Counted from the stretch's first letter, positions 13,375-25,800 are shown. The stretch is 64,000 bases of DNA from Cirrosporium novae-zelandiae (GCA_026023565.1 JAPETS010000011.1:248001-312000), one strand, 5' to 3'. Program-made: numbers and translations. The notes: generated by a model from the letters alone, not told the origin.

Positions 13375-16300
13375 TTAATTGGTTCCACCCACCCACCCAC
13401 CAACCCAATCTTCCCCCTCGCCATCATCATCGCTGCCCCCACCCTCACTCCCCTCATCCATAGTATCCGCACTAGGCGCCCCATCTCCATTCCCATCAAC
13501 GCCCTCATCGTCATCATCACCCATTCCCCGCTTCCGTCTATGCACAATCCGTTTCCACCCATTGATAACATCACCGCCACTTGCAGCCTCCTTATCAATA
13601 TCTCCATCTATAGCTCCATCCCGCATGTCTGGGGTGGTGGCAGCTACATCCTCCACTCCACCCATATTCACCTCCTCATTCCCATCAACTTTGAAATACT
13701 CGACCGTGGGGAAATAATGTTCGTTTTTCTTCATTGTGATGACCCAGGGTACGTTATCGAACGTGACAACTTTGACACGGAAGTAGGTGTTATCAGGGAT
13801 AGTGTTTACAGTGGCGATGAAGGAAGTTAAGTCAGGGGTTAAGTGACCGTTTATGGCAGTTATGAAGTGTGTGGGGATGAGGCCGTATTGGTAGGCGGGG
13901 GAACCGCGGGACTAAGGAAGGGGGTGTTAGTTTTGTCGTTGGGGTTTCTTTTGCAGGGTGGTTTGGGAAAGAGGGGCTTACTCTTGCAGAAACATATACT
14001 TCGGAATGTAATCTACTGATTTGTTGTCTCACAGCATGGTGAGGTCTCTGTATTACAGCCCCACAGAACATGACCACACGATCTGTCACAAGATCTTGTG
14101 TTTCTACCGTCTTGACCCGAAGTTTCATCTCATTACCGTCGCGCACGATTAGCGCGTCCAGATATTCGTTATTATACATAATATCTAATTCACTGACGCG
14201 TGTAATCAGCTTGCCGTTGAGTGTGAGGATGATATCACCTTCTCTGAGCGTTTGAGCTGCTGGAATCTTGGGTGACGTGAGTGAGGAACAATCGACTTTG
14301 CGGATGATGAAGAGTTGGTGGCGGTGAGGGTTTGTTTGTGTAACTCTGCGGATCCAGTCTTCGGAGACACCCATGACGCGGACTTCGGCCATGGGGATTG
14401 TGTAGGCTTCGATGTTTAGCATTCTCAGTTTTGGGGTTATGCCTTTGGATATGCTGTCCACCACCGGAATAATCCCGGGGGTCCCAAGGCCGAGATAATA
14501 TTCAACATCTTTGTGATTGCCGGGCGAACGATCGCCTAGGTAGTTCAACCAGACGGCTCGGACCGTCCCGTCTGATGACATGAGCACGCCATTACCGCAA
14601 GATGAGGCAACCGGGGTTTCAACGGCGATGGCATCGAGGTTGATAGCACGGTAACGGGGTGCTGAAGAGTTGGCAGGGATATTTACAGTCGTAATGTCTG
14701 TCACTGATGTTTTCGCGGCAGTGGGCTTCCAATTATTATTAAATCCGAAGAAGATGGTTTCCTGGCCCAGCTTAATTGGTGTCGGCGAAAGCACGGGTGT
14801 TTTGATAGGTGCCTTGACAAGGGAAGGATCATATTGAATAATTGCATAGTTTTGGAGAGGATGTAAGAAGAGAATCTTCGCTTCCACAATGATGGATTCA
14901 GCAATTGTAACGAGAATGTCACAGAGGTCAAAAGGGACAATGAATCGAGAGACGAGGATGAGACCCATTTCTGCATTGACGACAAGACCATAGCCAGTTT
15001 TGTGACCAACTGGAAAACCGTCCAACTTCACAGGCATATCGCAAGATACCCGAACGAAACTGCGGACGATGTCACAGGCGCCTGGTGGAAGAACTGTGCT
15101 TTCAAGCTGTATAAAATCGGCTTCGCGAGGTTTGGGAGGAATGGCGGGAATTGATTCGGCCAAGGTAGTGTAATCCCATAGACCAGTCTTGTCGTTACGG
15201 ACAGCGAGACGCATTTTGCTATTCCAGTGGCGGTCGACTCGAATAATACGGGTATTTAAGTTGTGGAGATCCCGGATGTGCCGGTATGTGACAGCAATGC
15301 GTGCGCGATCAGGTATGTTTTTGACAACGTCGATGAAGGCTTGTAGATTAGGGGTTGGATATTTGTCGACTGTTTGGATGATCCAGCCATGCATGGAGCT
15401 TTCCTGCCTCCAGGAACCGGCTGCCTCGCATACATAAACGCCTTTGACGGCGATAGCATAGAGACGAGCCTGTTGGTAGGAAATGTTGTGGAAGGTACCC
15501 CCCGAATGTGTGACAAAGCGATCAGGTGTAATCGCATGAAGATCCCCGACTTCCAGTTCGACTTTCAAATTTTGGCCCCCTCTTTCGATTAACAACTCCA
15601 CCTTCTTCCCCACACTAGAATCGAGGATTGCATCCAGACGTGTGAATTGAGTAAGTAGTTCTCCATTCACTTCTAAGAGAACGTCACCTTCTTCGATCTT
15701 ACCATCAGCTGGACCTTCAGGGAGGACGATTTCCGCGACCAACATGCTCGTTTCCTCCGGCTTTTCTTTTCTCACGACTTCTTCTCGGTCGGGAGTCAAA
15801 CCTAGCCTTCGACATTCATCGAAAGCTTTCAAGAGCCACTGTGTTTGTATTGTACCCCTGGTAACACTTTCACCTGATTGGAGAGCTTTCAGCGCTCTGA
15901 GTGGTCGATCCAGGGGCAAGAAGAAATCCGTAGCGGCACCATCAGCTCTCCCACCTGCCTGAAGGGCCACAGCACAACCATCGATAGTAACAACAGGACT
16001 TCCTGAGCTACCACCGCTAGCTGCAGCTGCTGCCTGGATGTAATTTATATTAAAATCGCAATAACCATCACCATACTCAGGGGCGTTTCGGTCGAGTCGA
16101 CTAATAACTCCAGACAGAATACTGAGCTTTTCACCAGCATCATTACCTACAACCCGAATCGCGGCGCCGACTTCCGCATTTTGCGGTTTGAGTTCTAGAG
16201 CTTTGATTTCCATGTACCGGATGGCCTTGGGGTCGAATTTGAGGATACCAAAATCGTGAACTGGATCGCGGTAAATGGGGTACACATCACACTATATAGA

Positions 16301-16765
16301 TATTAGTGACATCCCATACATAAGACTAATATTTAATATTAATATATATATATATACCTCCTCATGGTTATCGAATATACAGTAACCCCAGAAGGGGCCG
16401 GCGCATGCCACATGTCGATTGGTCAAAATGTACCCTTTCTTCGCATCAACTACAAAACCAGTGGCCTGGCTTGTCATAGCACCATCCGTATCAAAAGAGC
16501 ATGTTTGGCAAAAGTGTATTGAAACCACGCTTTTTACTACCTTCGCGATTGTATTCTGCCATTCAACAGAGTCCAATACGGCAGCAGGCACCGGCGTCCT
16601 TTGATTATCTTTAGTAATTTCCATGACTGAGCTATTATGGGGAGGTGATGAAGAGTTTATAAGTCCTGCCTCGCCACGGCGTTGTTGCTTAGCTGGACGT
16701 GATTCCATTGTTGGAACGGGGCTGTATTTGCGTTTTATTTTTATTTCACCTCCGCTATGCTCCAT
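13375..16765 (-). CDS. NMA111: HtrA-family PDZ serine protease (nuclear mediator of apoptosis)
   Basis: Catalytic motifs ILTNRHV, VHDFG and [11 protein letters not shown] domains and a second protease-like half. Introns 16292-16357 and 13912-13981. C-terminal [11 protein letters not shown]. Start placed at the strong-context ATG 16765; an in-frame upstream ATG lies at 17170. Confidence 0.93.
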
Positions 16766-17226
16766 GTTAGCGACAGTGGAATTCTGCCTGCAGAAAACAC
16801 TGCCGAGAGTAGGGGACCAGCGCAAACAAGGGCGACCAGGCCGGGTTATTATGAGTTTCCCACTGAGAGAGACTGATGGTTGCGAATGATTTGCGCTGTG
16901 TTTGGGTAGATCAAGCCGAAGTTTTTCGTTCGAAGAATCGTTTATGTATCGTTTGCAGGTTAAACGGATGTATTTCCTTGATATAGTCCAACTCCAAGTT
17001 CTAGAGGTATTCCTAAACAGATAAGACGACGAACCCGTATGTACTGGAAGAAGAAGATATCGAAGGAAAGAGGGAATTGGATGAAACTGTGGGGACAGAA
17101 ATGTGGCGGAGGACGACTTTAATATACATGGAAAGGTGCAGGGTGGACTGGGCAGAGCATGAAGGAGCATTCAATTCATGAAAAGAATGTAAAGATAGAG
17201 TGAGGAGAGGCGAAGAGAAAGGGACA

Positions 17227-17276
17227 AGGTAAGTGGGTAGGTAAGTAGGTAAGTAGGTAAGTAGGTAAGAAGGTAG
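17227..17276. repeat. Imperfect (AGGTAAGT)n tandem repeat
   Basis: aggtaagtgggtaggtaagtaggtaagtaggtaagtaggtaagaaggtag, read directly upstream of NMA111. Confidence 0.8.
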
Positions 17277-18180
17277 TGACAGTAATTAGTAGGATTAACT
17301 TGATGAACAAATCTTGTCATGCTCTGTAATTAGTTGATCCCTGTTCCTCGCCAAAAAATTAAAAAAAATAAAAATAAAAATAAAAAAAAATCAACAGCCG
17401 CAAGCCGCTCAACTCATGTCAAGGGGAACTAATAAGAACGAAGAAGCAATTAGAAGTAGTAATATCTCATTATCCAAAATGGTCCAAGATATATGTTCCT
17501 ACCCGTCTAGAAGCCCCGTCTTGTGTTTCCTTTTTCGGTTCTTACCCGTCGGTCAGATTCATTGTTACCCCAGATCTACTGTAATTACTCTTAGTCCAGT
17601 GCACTTGGGACTGGCCAGTGGTCCGAGTAAAGTCTACTATGTCGGTATGGGAGAACCGTCCATCTAGCAAGGATGTCGAAGCCATATCCTAGATTTTATC
17701 CCTCATATAATAAGACAATATATGACAAGGAACCTCCTTCCAGAATCCTCACCTACTACTCTCACCGCTATCTAAAGACCATTCCTTTCCTACACTAAAA
17801 TCCATGTGTGAAGAATATATATCCAGGGACAAGTTAGATTAATTTGTGGAAGAGCCATCACAGCAGTGCTCTCATTCGCCTCTCCGTGAGACCTTTTCAA
17901 GCGGGCCGGACCGAGATATATCATGCGTAACACAACTAAGAAAATATTTTCTGAGACATGGTTACAAAGGTCTCAGGTCAATCGTGTTCGCAATTGGTAG
18001 ACTTTTATCGAAGACTATTCCTCCCGATGTAGTCAAGAAACCTTGATCAATACATAAAGATGTCGTGACTCGTTTGTGTCTCAAACTCTAAGGAATACCA
18101 TAATCCCAGTGCCTATAATATCTAAAGATCTATGCATTGGTATATTGGTTGGCCTCCATTTTGTCGCTATAACATTTAAC

Positions 18181-18600
18181 CCTCGTCCTTCTGCAAAAAT
18201 TATGCGAGAGCCGCTCGCTGGTTCAATTCATGGGAAGGAGGACCTTTTCCATCTCCTCACCCTTTATCCGTCCCCTCCCATCTCCTCTCAGGGGCTCCAG
18301 TCAAGCTCGTTGACATGTCTATTGTAGCTGTCACAACCACTCTTTTTTTCTTTCCTTTGAAGAGTACTGATCGACACTGTCTAGTTCCTTGATCCAGTCA
18401 TCAGATCAGCAACTTGAATGCTACTCTAGCCGCCAAACGAAAGTAGCATAAACGCATTGCCGTTCGAACTAGCTCCAATGATAACTTAGATGGTCTCTGA
18501 GACACTTTAGGAGGATGGGTTGGCATCGAAGACGCTGCTCCAAGTGCCGGGGTTAGGTTATGTATGTAGACGTATTTATATTTTCAGTTGCAGGACGAGG
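18181..18600 (+). other. Putative structured non-coding segment (unassigned)
   Basis: Several nested complementary segments found by eye (see findings). No convincing ORF and no match to an RNA family I can recall. Confidence 0.25.
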
Positions 18601-20709
18601 TGTATGCGGTGCTGTCAAGTCTCAGAAGAAAAGAAGGAGAATTAGTTAGTTAGAATATTCGGAGCGAGGATCGTTGCTGCTGTAGAGTTGTAGACAGAGG
18701 ATTAGCTTTGTTCACATTAAGGGGAAAAAAGGGTTGTGGGTTGGCCTTTGCTCGAATCTAAGTGAAAGATGATATGATATAGAGTACCTAGATCTCATCA
18801 AAATATTTTTCATTCTGGTTTGTTCAAATAGGTAGTTGACGATACCACGGTTCCAACTACAATGGCAGACCAAATAGACAAAATATTCGTAAAGAAAAGT
18901 AGGAGGCTTTGCGTATTGCTTCTGGCAGACTGCAGCTTAGGTTTTAATTTATTGAAATATGACAAGCAATGAAGTCAGAAGTGTAGCAACCCCAACCGAC
19001 CAACAGGGTAGATTGAGAATAAAGAGTGAAAAGAATTTGTAGCATCAAGCAGTAGGTCGTACTCTCCAACCTCTACATTTTAATTGCAGACGAAAAGGAA
19101 AAGTGCAGATGGATTCGAATTAATGATAGCGGGTTGAACTACTAGGTCAAAAGGCTGGACAACAGGGCGCGCAGCGGGAAAGCTAAGGATAATAGAAGTT
19201 GGTCGAGGTTTATCTGGGAATAAATCGGACTTTGCAATAGTTGTATGACAGTAGGCCACGATTAGATAGAGATATAATGGGGGTTTTATGAGATGGATGC
19301 GAACACTACAAAGCATACCTTGCTAAGGTAAGCAACATGTATCATCATACTTTGACCTATTATTTTTGCAGTTTGCTAAGTTGGCCTCGTCGATTAACTT
19401 CGGGATTATCTATTATTGAGAATAGATGCATTCAAATGTCCTACACTAGAAAATAAAGGATAGTCTACTCAAGTATGAACATGATGGTTACCTAGGTACC
19501 CAAGTAAGTAATTAATACGCCGGACTGTGTAATTTTCATCTTAACCAAGGTCTAGGCTTGTACTGTAACTCATTACTGTACTCTTAGAAACCTCGGGCCG
19601 AATAACGAAGATGCCATGTTTTTGGATACATGTACATATCTAATTGATCTAATCCTTCATCAGTATATTTGCGTAATGTCAAATCATCTTCTTAACTTAT
19701 CAACCAGTTTGCTTTCAATGTACTGTACAAACACAGTATGGCTATGTCTACCGAGGTAGCTATACACTCTTAAACGTCAGCTGCCGTTCTTCGTTCGGCC
19801 TGATATATAGATAAAGTCCCGATCTTAGCTAAATTTAAATCTTCCTTCAAATACAGTTATTTTTTCTTCATGAGAATTATACTCCCTAATTCACCTACTA
19901 AGTGATGCAGTCGTATAGCGGTCTAATGGTCTAATGGTCTCAGGTTAAATGATATGTTGTCACTGATGCGAGGCTTTTTCTTTTTTTCGCTTCTGGTATT
20001 AATATGATGTTTGCTTGAACAACTACCTGGGTAGGTAGACTACTCGAGTAGATAGACTCCTGGATTATGAGTTTGCTTTATGTTTATTTTTATTCCCTTT
20101 GCAGTGTAATAAGACCAATAATCACTATCTTAACCATAACCATAACCACCCTAACCTGATATGTTCCTGGCTACCATCACACTAAATGTTCATATAGCAT
20201 AAAAAATGCATACATCACGACGTTTACAGGAGACTTCTAATCCCTACAACCAATTATTATTCTAGCACACATGCACACACATATTCCCCTAGTTTTAGAG
20301 TGGTATAATGTAATGATTGTAAATAATACACGAAGGTTTCAATAAGCTTTCTCCCCTTGGTGGTGGTGATATTACTTCTTTATTTGTTTAGGTACTGATT
20401 TACTTTGCCTTAATGGAGGTTTTTTTTAATCGGAAAGGTAGGGCTGGGCGGACTTTTGGTTTGTTTCTCCTTTGGATTTTGGTTGGATTAGGAGGGATTT
20501 ATAGTGTGCCTTTTTAGTGATGAGATCGGATAGGAAGCTTTCCCAGCGTAATTAATATTCCTAATTTTCATATTTAGAAGATGTTCTCCAATTCCCTATC
20601 ACCATCATTTAGCACGGAGGCAGCTATGCCATTACGCCATTGGCTTGGTTAAGATAGCTGCTGTGCTCCTTTCCTTTCCTTTCCTTATTGCACACAAGCT
20701 ATTCTATCC

Positions 20710-22449
20710 CTATTTCAAACTCTTAGCCAGTGTCCAGAAATTTTCCAATTTTGTCCTTCCTAGGACCTCCCTAGCCTGCCCATCACTCTCGCATACCCTA
20801 CTCCCCCACTTCCTGAAAACCCGATTTTTCACCTCCCCCTCCCACACCAGCATGCACTTGTTCTCGCTCAGATCCTTTGGCTCCCCTTGCTCGTCCTCAG
20901 CTTCTAGCCACGCGGCCATGGCCTCCTTGTTTCCTTCCCGCACTGCGGCATTGGACCCAGGGTTTTCCGTCCAGTCGATACGGTTCAGCATTAATTTTTT
21001 GTAGAAGTTGATGGAATGCGACCCGCCCTCGACAATGACGAGGTTGAATTTTGGTGAGAGAATGCAGATACCTGTGAGGGCGTTTTGCTCGGCGTTTTTG
21101 GAGATTTTGAAGCGATGGCGGCCATTAGCTAGAGAATCGATCTTGTATACCGCCATGTGAACACCCTTAGCCGCATCCTTCTCCTGCTGTGTCGCTAATT
21201 TCTCGTGTCGTTGTTCCTTCGTCAATTTGCGGGTCTCGTTGGCTTGCTCGTGCGTGAGTTTTCGCTCCGCGATCTCGCGGTTGACGCGAGCTTCTACGGC
21301 CGTGGGGTCTTTAACGGCTTCTTCCCCTAACACTCGCATGAGGTTCGATTTTTTGACCTTTGGTGCCGGGGCTGGTTCGAGGCCGAGCCGGATTTTAGCT
21401 TGTTGTTCTTTCAGGTCTGCCATACGGCGCTGGCGGCGCACTTTGGCTTGTTCGGTCTTGGTTAGGAACATGGGTTTGGGAGGAGGCATGATCTTTTCTT
21501 GTGGGGCAATAAGGAGGACAGGATGTTGTATGTACCGAGTTATAATCGATTCGACGGTGTTGATTTTGTAGGAGGATGAGTAGTCAGGACCATCTATGAG
21601 ACCTTCGTCCCACCACTCCACGACAGGTGGTGCTTCAACTAAATAGCCTTTCTCGCTATCAATGTCTTCGTCAATTCCAGCTTTCATAGACATAGCCGCG
21701 ATACGCTTTTTCATAGCTTCAAGTTCTGCCTGCCGACGAAGGGCGCGAGCTTGCGCTTCATATTTGCCCTTTTGGTTGAAGACGAGTTGACGAGGTTTTC
21801 TTGAGCGTACTGTGGCGGTTTGAGGACCTAGACGTGAATCAAAGTATGGATTGGCCTTGGTTTCTTCAATAGATGGACCTGAAAGGTCAAGCTGTTTCTT
21901 GGATTTTGTAGCTCCTGGCCGCGGCGATTCTGTGCGACGATTCCCCAACGATGTTGCAAACTTTGAGTGCATTCCACCACGACTATCCATTCCAAAGTCC
22001 GCCTGGAGAGCAGGATGTAGACCAACATCAAGACCTCCGTGTGCTTTTGCGCCGGCATCTTCGTAGACGGGATGCTGGTAGGTTGGCGTCGGAGGCGCTG
22101 TCCGCTGAGAAGTATTTGCCTTACTGGTCGCGGCCGCAACACGTGCTTTCATCTGTTCGATTCTGGACATGGCAGATGAAGCGACCGATGGTGCAGGGCT
22201 TGGAGAATGATTATTGGCATTTCCTGACGGCGCTGAGTTACCACTTCTAGCTGCCTGTAGACGGGCTGCAATAGCTGCGGCTTTTGCTCTTGCTGCTTCA
22301 AGCATCTTGCTGACATCTTTAGGAGGGGCTGGCGAGGCATTTGCGTAAGGTGCCGGAGAGCCATTATTGGAGCGCGATCTTTTCTGTGCGAAGGCCTCCT
22401 CATCTTCCGGATGAGGCCTCTTCAGCATTGTGCCGGATACTTGAGCCAT
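20710..22449 (-). CDS. PRP3: U4/U6 snRNP protein Prp3
   Basis: Motifs ITRYIQHPV, MFLTKTEQAKVRRQRR, IRLGLEPAPAPKVKKSNLMRVLGEEAVKDPTAVE, NAEQNALTG, VIVEGG, YKKLMLNRIDW. First ATG at 22449 (MAQVSGTMLKR). Apparently intronless. Confidence 0.95.
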   Translation of the reverse strand: MAQVSGTMLKRPHPEDEEAFAQKRSRSNNGSPAPYANASPAPPKDVSKMLEAARAKAAAIAARLQAARSGNSAPSGNANNHSPSPAPSVASSAMSRIEQMKARVAAATSKANTSQRTAPPTPTYQHPVYEDAGAKAHGGLDVGLHPALQADFGMDSRGGMHSKFATSLGNRRTESPRPGATKSKKQLDLSGPSIEETKANPYFDSRLGPQTATVRSRKPRQLVFNQKGKYEAQARALRRQAELEAMKKRIAAMSMKAGIDEDIDSEKGYLVEAPPVVEWWDEGLIDGPDYSSSYKINTVESIITRYIQHPVLLIAPQEKIMPPPKPMFLTKTEQAKVRRQRRMADLKEQQAKIRLGLEPAPAPKVKKSNLMRVLGEEAVKDPTAVEARVNREIAERKLTHEQANETRKLTKEQRHEKLATQQEKDAAKGVHMAVYKIDSLANGRHRFKISKNAEQNALTGICILSPKFNLVIVEGGSHSINFYKKLMLNRIDWTENPGSNAAVREGNKEAMAAWLEAEDEQGEPKDLSENKCMLVWEGEVKNRVFRKWGSRVCESDGQAREVLGRTKLENFWTLAKSLK

Positions 22450-22854
22450 AGATAAAGGCTCTGAGAGATAAAAAAACTCACCCTGAAGAGTTGCAAAGAT
22501 AAGTGTTGGATCGAGATTCACGATAAATATGACTGATGGTTGATAACTGAGTGTGTGTTTCGTTAGGCTGATGAAGGGGAGGAGTTGATGAGCTGGAGAC
22601 TTTTGAGGAACCGATGGACTACGGTACCACCCACCACTTATTAGTCTACTTACGCTACCACTATAAATAAGGTTTAGCCACAAATAGCTCTCAAATTCCA
22701 AGTTCTGCCAAACCTCCCCGACTTGAAAAAAAAAAACATTCTCACCACCTCAATTTTATTAGATTACCGTATTTCATAAATACCTTCTCTCGCCCCTACC
22801 ACACTTTCCTCTAGACTATTGCTTATAATAGTGGTATGGATAGTGACTACAATT

Positions 22855-25800
22855 ATGAATGTCTCTAAACCCGTTTCATCGGCCATCAGCAGCGTCGGCT
22901 TTGGTTATCTCACTGCAGATGAAATCAAAGCTACCTCCGTCAAACAAATCCACAGTGCGACGACATTTGATACCTTACATCTCCCTATTCCCGGTGGACT
23001 ATATGATCCAGCATTAGGAGCATGGGAAGAATATCGGTGAGACCCAATGGCCAACACTTGCTTCTGAATGAATACTCAATTAGGACTAGATGTTTAACAT
23101 GCGGCCTCGATAAAATCTATTGTCCTGGCCATCCCGGTCATATTGAATTACCCGTTCCTGTCTACCATCTTGCGTTTATGGACCAGCTCCTTCGCTTATT
23201 ACGATCACAATGTGTTTACTGCCAACGTCTTAGGATGCCAAGAACTGAAATTCAACGCATATGCTTGAAACTCCGCCTCCTTCGGTATGGCCTTGTTACA
23301 GAAACTCATGAATTAGAAAATATGCGGCTTGGAATGGCATCTATGAACAAGCCTAGTCAAGATATAATAAGTGATGACGAAGATGAAACCCAAGATGTAG
23401 ATACATTCATGGAACAGAGAGAGAAGTTTACGCAAACATGTATAAAGAACGCAAAACAGGAAGGGCGAGCATCAACAAGAGTCACAGCAAAGAATGTAGC
23501 AATTGCGGGAGAACGAAGAGCCGTGGTAAAAGAATTTTTAGGATCCATTATGAAATTTAAGAAATGCAGTGGCTGCCAGGGCATCTCGCCAGGTTTTCGA
23601 AAGGACCGATTCTCTAAAATTTTTAGAAAAGCTTATCAAGGACAAAAGACGAAGGTCGCTATGAGCGTAAGTGGCTATAGAATGGTGAATCCTCTGATTG
23701 AACAAGCGGGGCTCGAAGGGAAGGTCCAAAAAGAGAGAAGGTACGATGAGGGTGTTGCAGATATGGATAATGTATCACTTTCACCAGAAGAAGAGGAAGG
23801 AGAAGACGTTGCTATGACCGACGATAACTCATCGGAGAGTGACGAGGAAACAACCGCCGACCAACACCAATCAAAATCAAAAGAATCAGATGGCGATCAA
23901 TACCTATCATGTTCGGAAGTGTACGCAGCCATGAGAACTCTCTTCGAAAAAGAAAGTGAGGTTCTCGGCCTCATATATAACTCTCAAAATTCCTCGAGAA
24001 CTGTGGAAATGTTCTTCATTAAGAACATCGTTGTTCCTCCTAACAGGTACCGACCAGCAAACCGCGTTGCGGATAGAATAACAGAGAATGCACAGAATGC
24101 TCTCTTTCAGAGGATCATTAAAGCATCAGACACGATATACCAGATCAAGCGAGAAATAGATGGGGCACCTTCAGAGTTTGGACGTACTCGAGGCTTTTCT
24201 GACTTTCAAGAAGCTTGCGTCAGTCTTCAAGACGCAGTAAATGCATTACACGACAAAAGCAAGGGCCCTCGGAGCTTTGGTCCTAGGTTAGTCGAAGAGG
24301 GAATAAAGAATAGATTAGAGAAGAAGGAAGGGCTTTTCAGAAAAAACATGATGGGAAAGCGCGTGAACTTTGCTGCCCGAAGTGTTATTTCTCCTGATCC
24401 AAATATTGAAACGAATGAGATTGGAGTACCTCCGGTCTTTGCCCGCAAACTAACATACCCCGAACCTGTCACGCCTCATAATTTTGACGAACTAAAACAA
24501 GCAGTCATCAACGGAATGTCCACCTGGCCAGGTGCAGCTGCTGTGGAGCTTGAAAATGGCCAAATCATCAATTTAAAAAACAAGACCGCCGACGAGCGAC
24601 AAGCACTAGCCAATCAGCTTTTGGCTCCCTCTGCTCCTTGGGTAAATGGGTCACGAAGTAAAAAGGTCCATAGGCATTTAAACAATGGCGATGTTGTTCT
24701 CATGAACCGACAACCTACTCTTCACAAACCTTCCATAATGGGCCATCGGGTTAGGGTGCTCCCTGGAGAGAGAACCATAAGAATGCATTATGCGAACGGT
24801 AATACTTATAATGCTGACTTCGATGGGGATGAAATGAACATGCATTTCCCGCAGACAGAACTTGGTAGGGCTGAGGCATTGCTGATAGCCGATACTGACC
24901 ACCAATACCTATCTGGAACGGCCGGAAACCCATTGAGAGGTTTAATTCAGGATCATTTATCAATGGGGGTTTGGCTGACGAGCCGTGATACTTTCTTCGA
25001 TCAGGAGGATTATAACCAACTTCTGTACTCTTGTCTTAGGCCCGAGAACAACCACACCGCTGAGGAGAGGATACTGACGCTACCACCAGCAATCCTAAAG
25101 CCAAAATCAATGTGGACAGGAAAACAGATTATCAGCTCAGTATTGAAGAATATTACTCCCCGAGGACATGCAGGTTTGACTTTGCATGGGAAATCTAAAA
25201 TTGCTGCTCATATGTGGGGCAACAATTCCGAGGAAGACCGCATTTTGTTTGACAAAGGAGACCTTATAACTGGTATCTTGGATAAGGCAAGCCTTGGGTC
25301 TAGCGCTGGTGGGTTTGTTCATTGCGTCTATGAAGCCTATGGTCACACAGCCGCTGGAAAACTGTTAAGTATCCTAGGGCGCCTGCTTACAAGATGCGAG
25401 CAGATGTGGGCTTTCTCTTGCGGAATCGATGATCTAGTCCTCACTAAGAAGGGAGAGGAAGATAGGAAAGAGCAACTCGCAAAGGCAGACTCCATCGGCC
25501 TGCAGGTTGCAGCTGAATATGTCACTCTTGATAATAAGAATATCGACGAAAACGAATTGAAAATCCGGTTGGAGACTGTCCTACGAGATGACGAGAAGCA
25601 AGCTGGTTTGGATAACTTATCGAAAGGAAGGCTTGCGGATGTGACGTCCGAGGTCACGGCCGCCGTTCTTCCAAGGGGATTGATCAAGCCTTTCCCTAAG
25701 AATCAAATGCAAACTATGACAGCATCTGGTGCTAAAGGGAGTAACGTCAATGCCAATCTTATTTCTTGCAATTTGGGTCAACAGGTTTTGGAAGGAAGAA

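Noticed and set aside
18398..18449. Hammerhead-like pieces (ATGCTACTC..GAAAGTAGCAT on +, CTGATGA on -)
   Set aside because: The CUGANGA core and the GAAA/stem III are on opposite strands, and only 12 nt separate the + strand arms, so no complete ribozyme can form.
18694..18706. ACAGAGGATTAGC resembling the U6 ACAGAGA box
   Set aside because: Mismatch in the invariant box and no flanking U6 sequence.
20131..20157. TAACCA repeats with ACCCTAACC as a possible telomerase template or interstitial telomere
   Set aside because: Embedded in a simple repeat, in a different register from the usual TAACCCTAA, and too close to the convergent PRP3 3' end for a long RNA.
20555..20563. ATATTCCTA (snR30/U17 m1 motif)
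   Set aside because: No downstream AAACCAT m2 motif or H/ACA architecture. The 9-mer also occurs near 37374.
22450..22701. N-terminal extension of PRP3 in the ORF track
   Set aside because: It begins at a non-ATG codon, has no ATG before 22449, and covers the PRP3/RPA190 divergent promoter.
22819..23089. Apparent frameshift or split at the start of RPA190 (and similar breaks in other genes)
   Set aside because: Fully explained by canonical GT-AG introns with branch sites. No pseudogenisation or recoding is needed, and I found no non-canonical intron.
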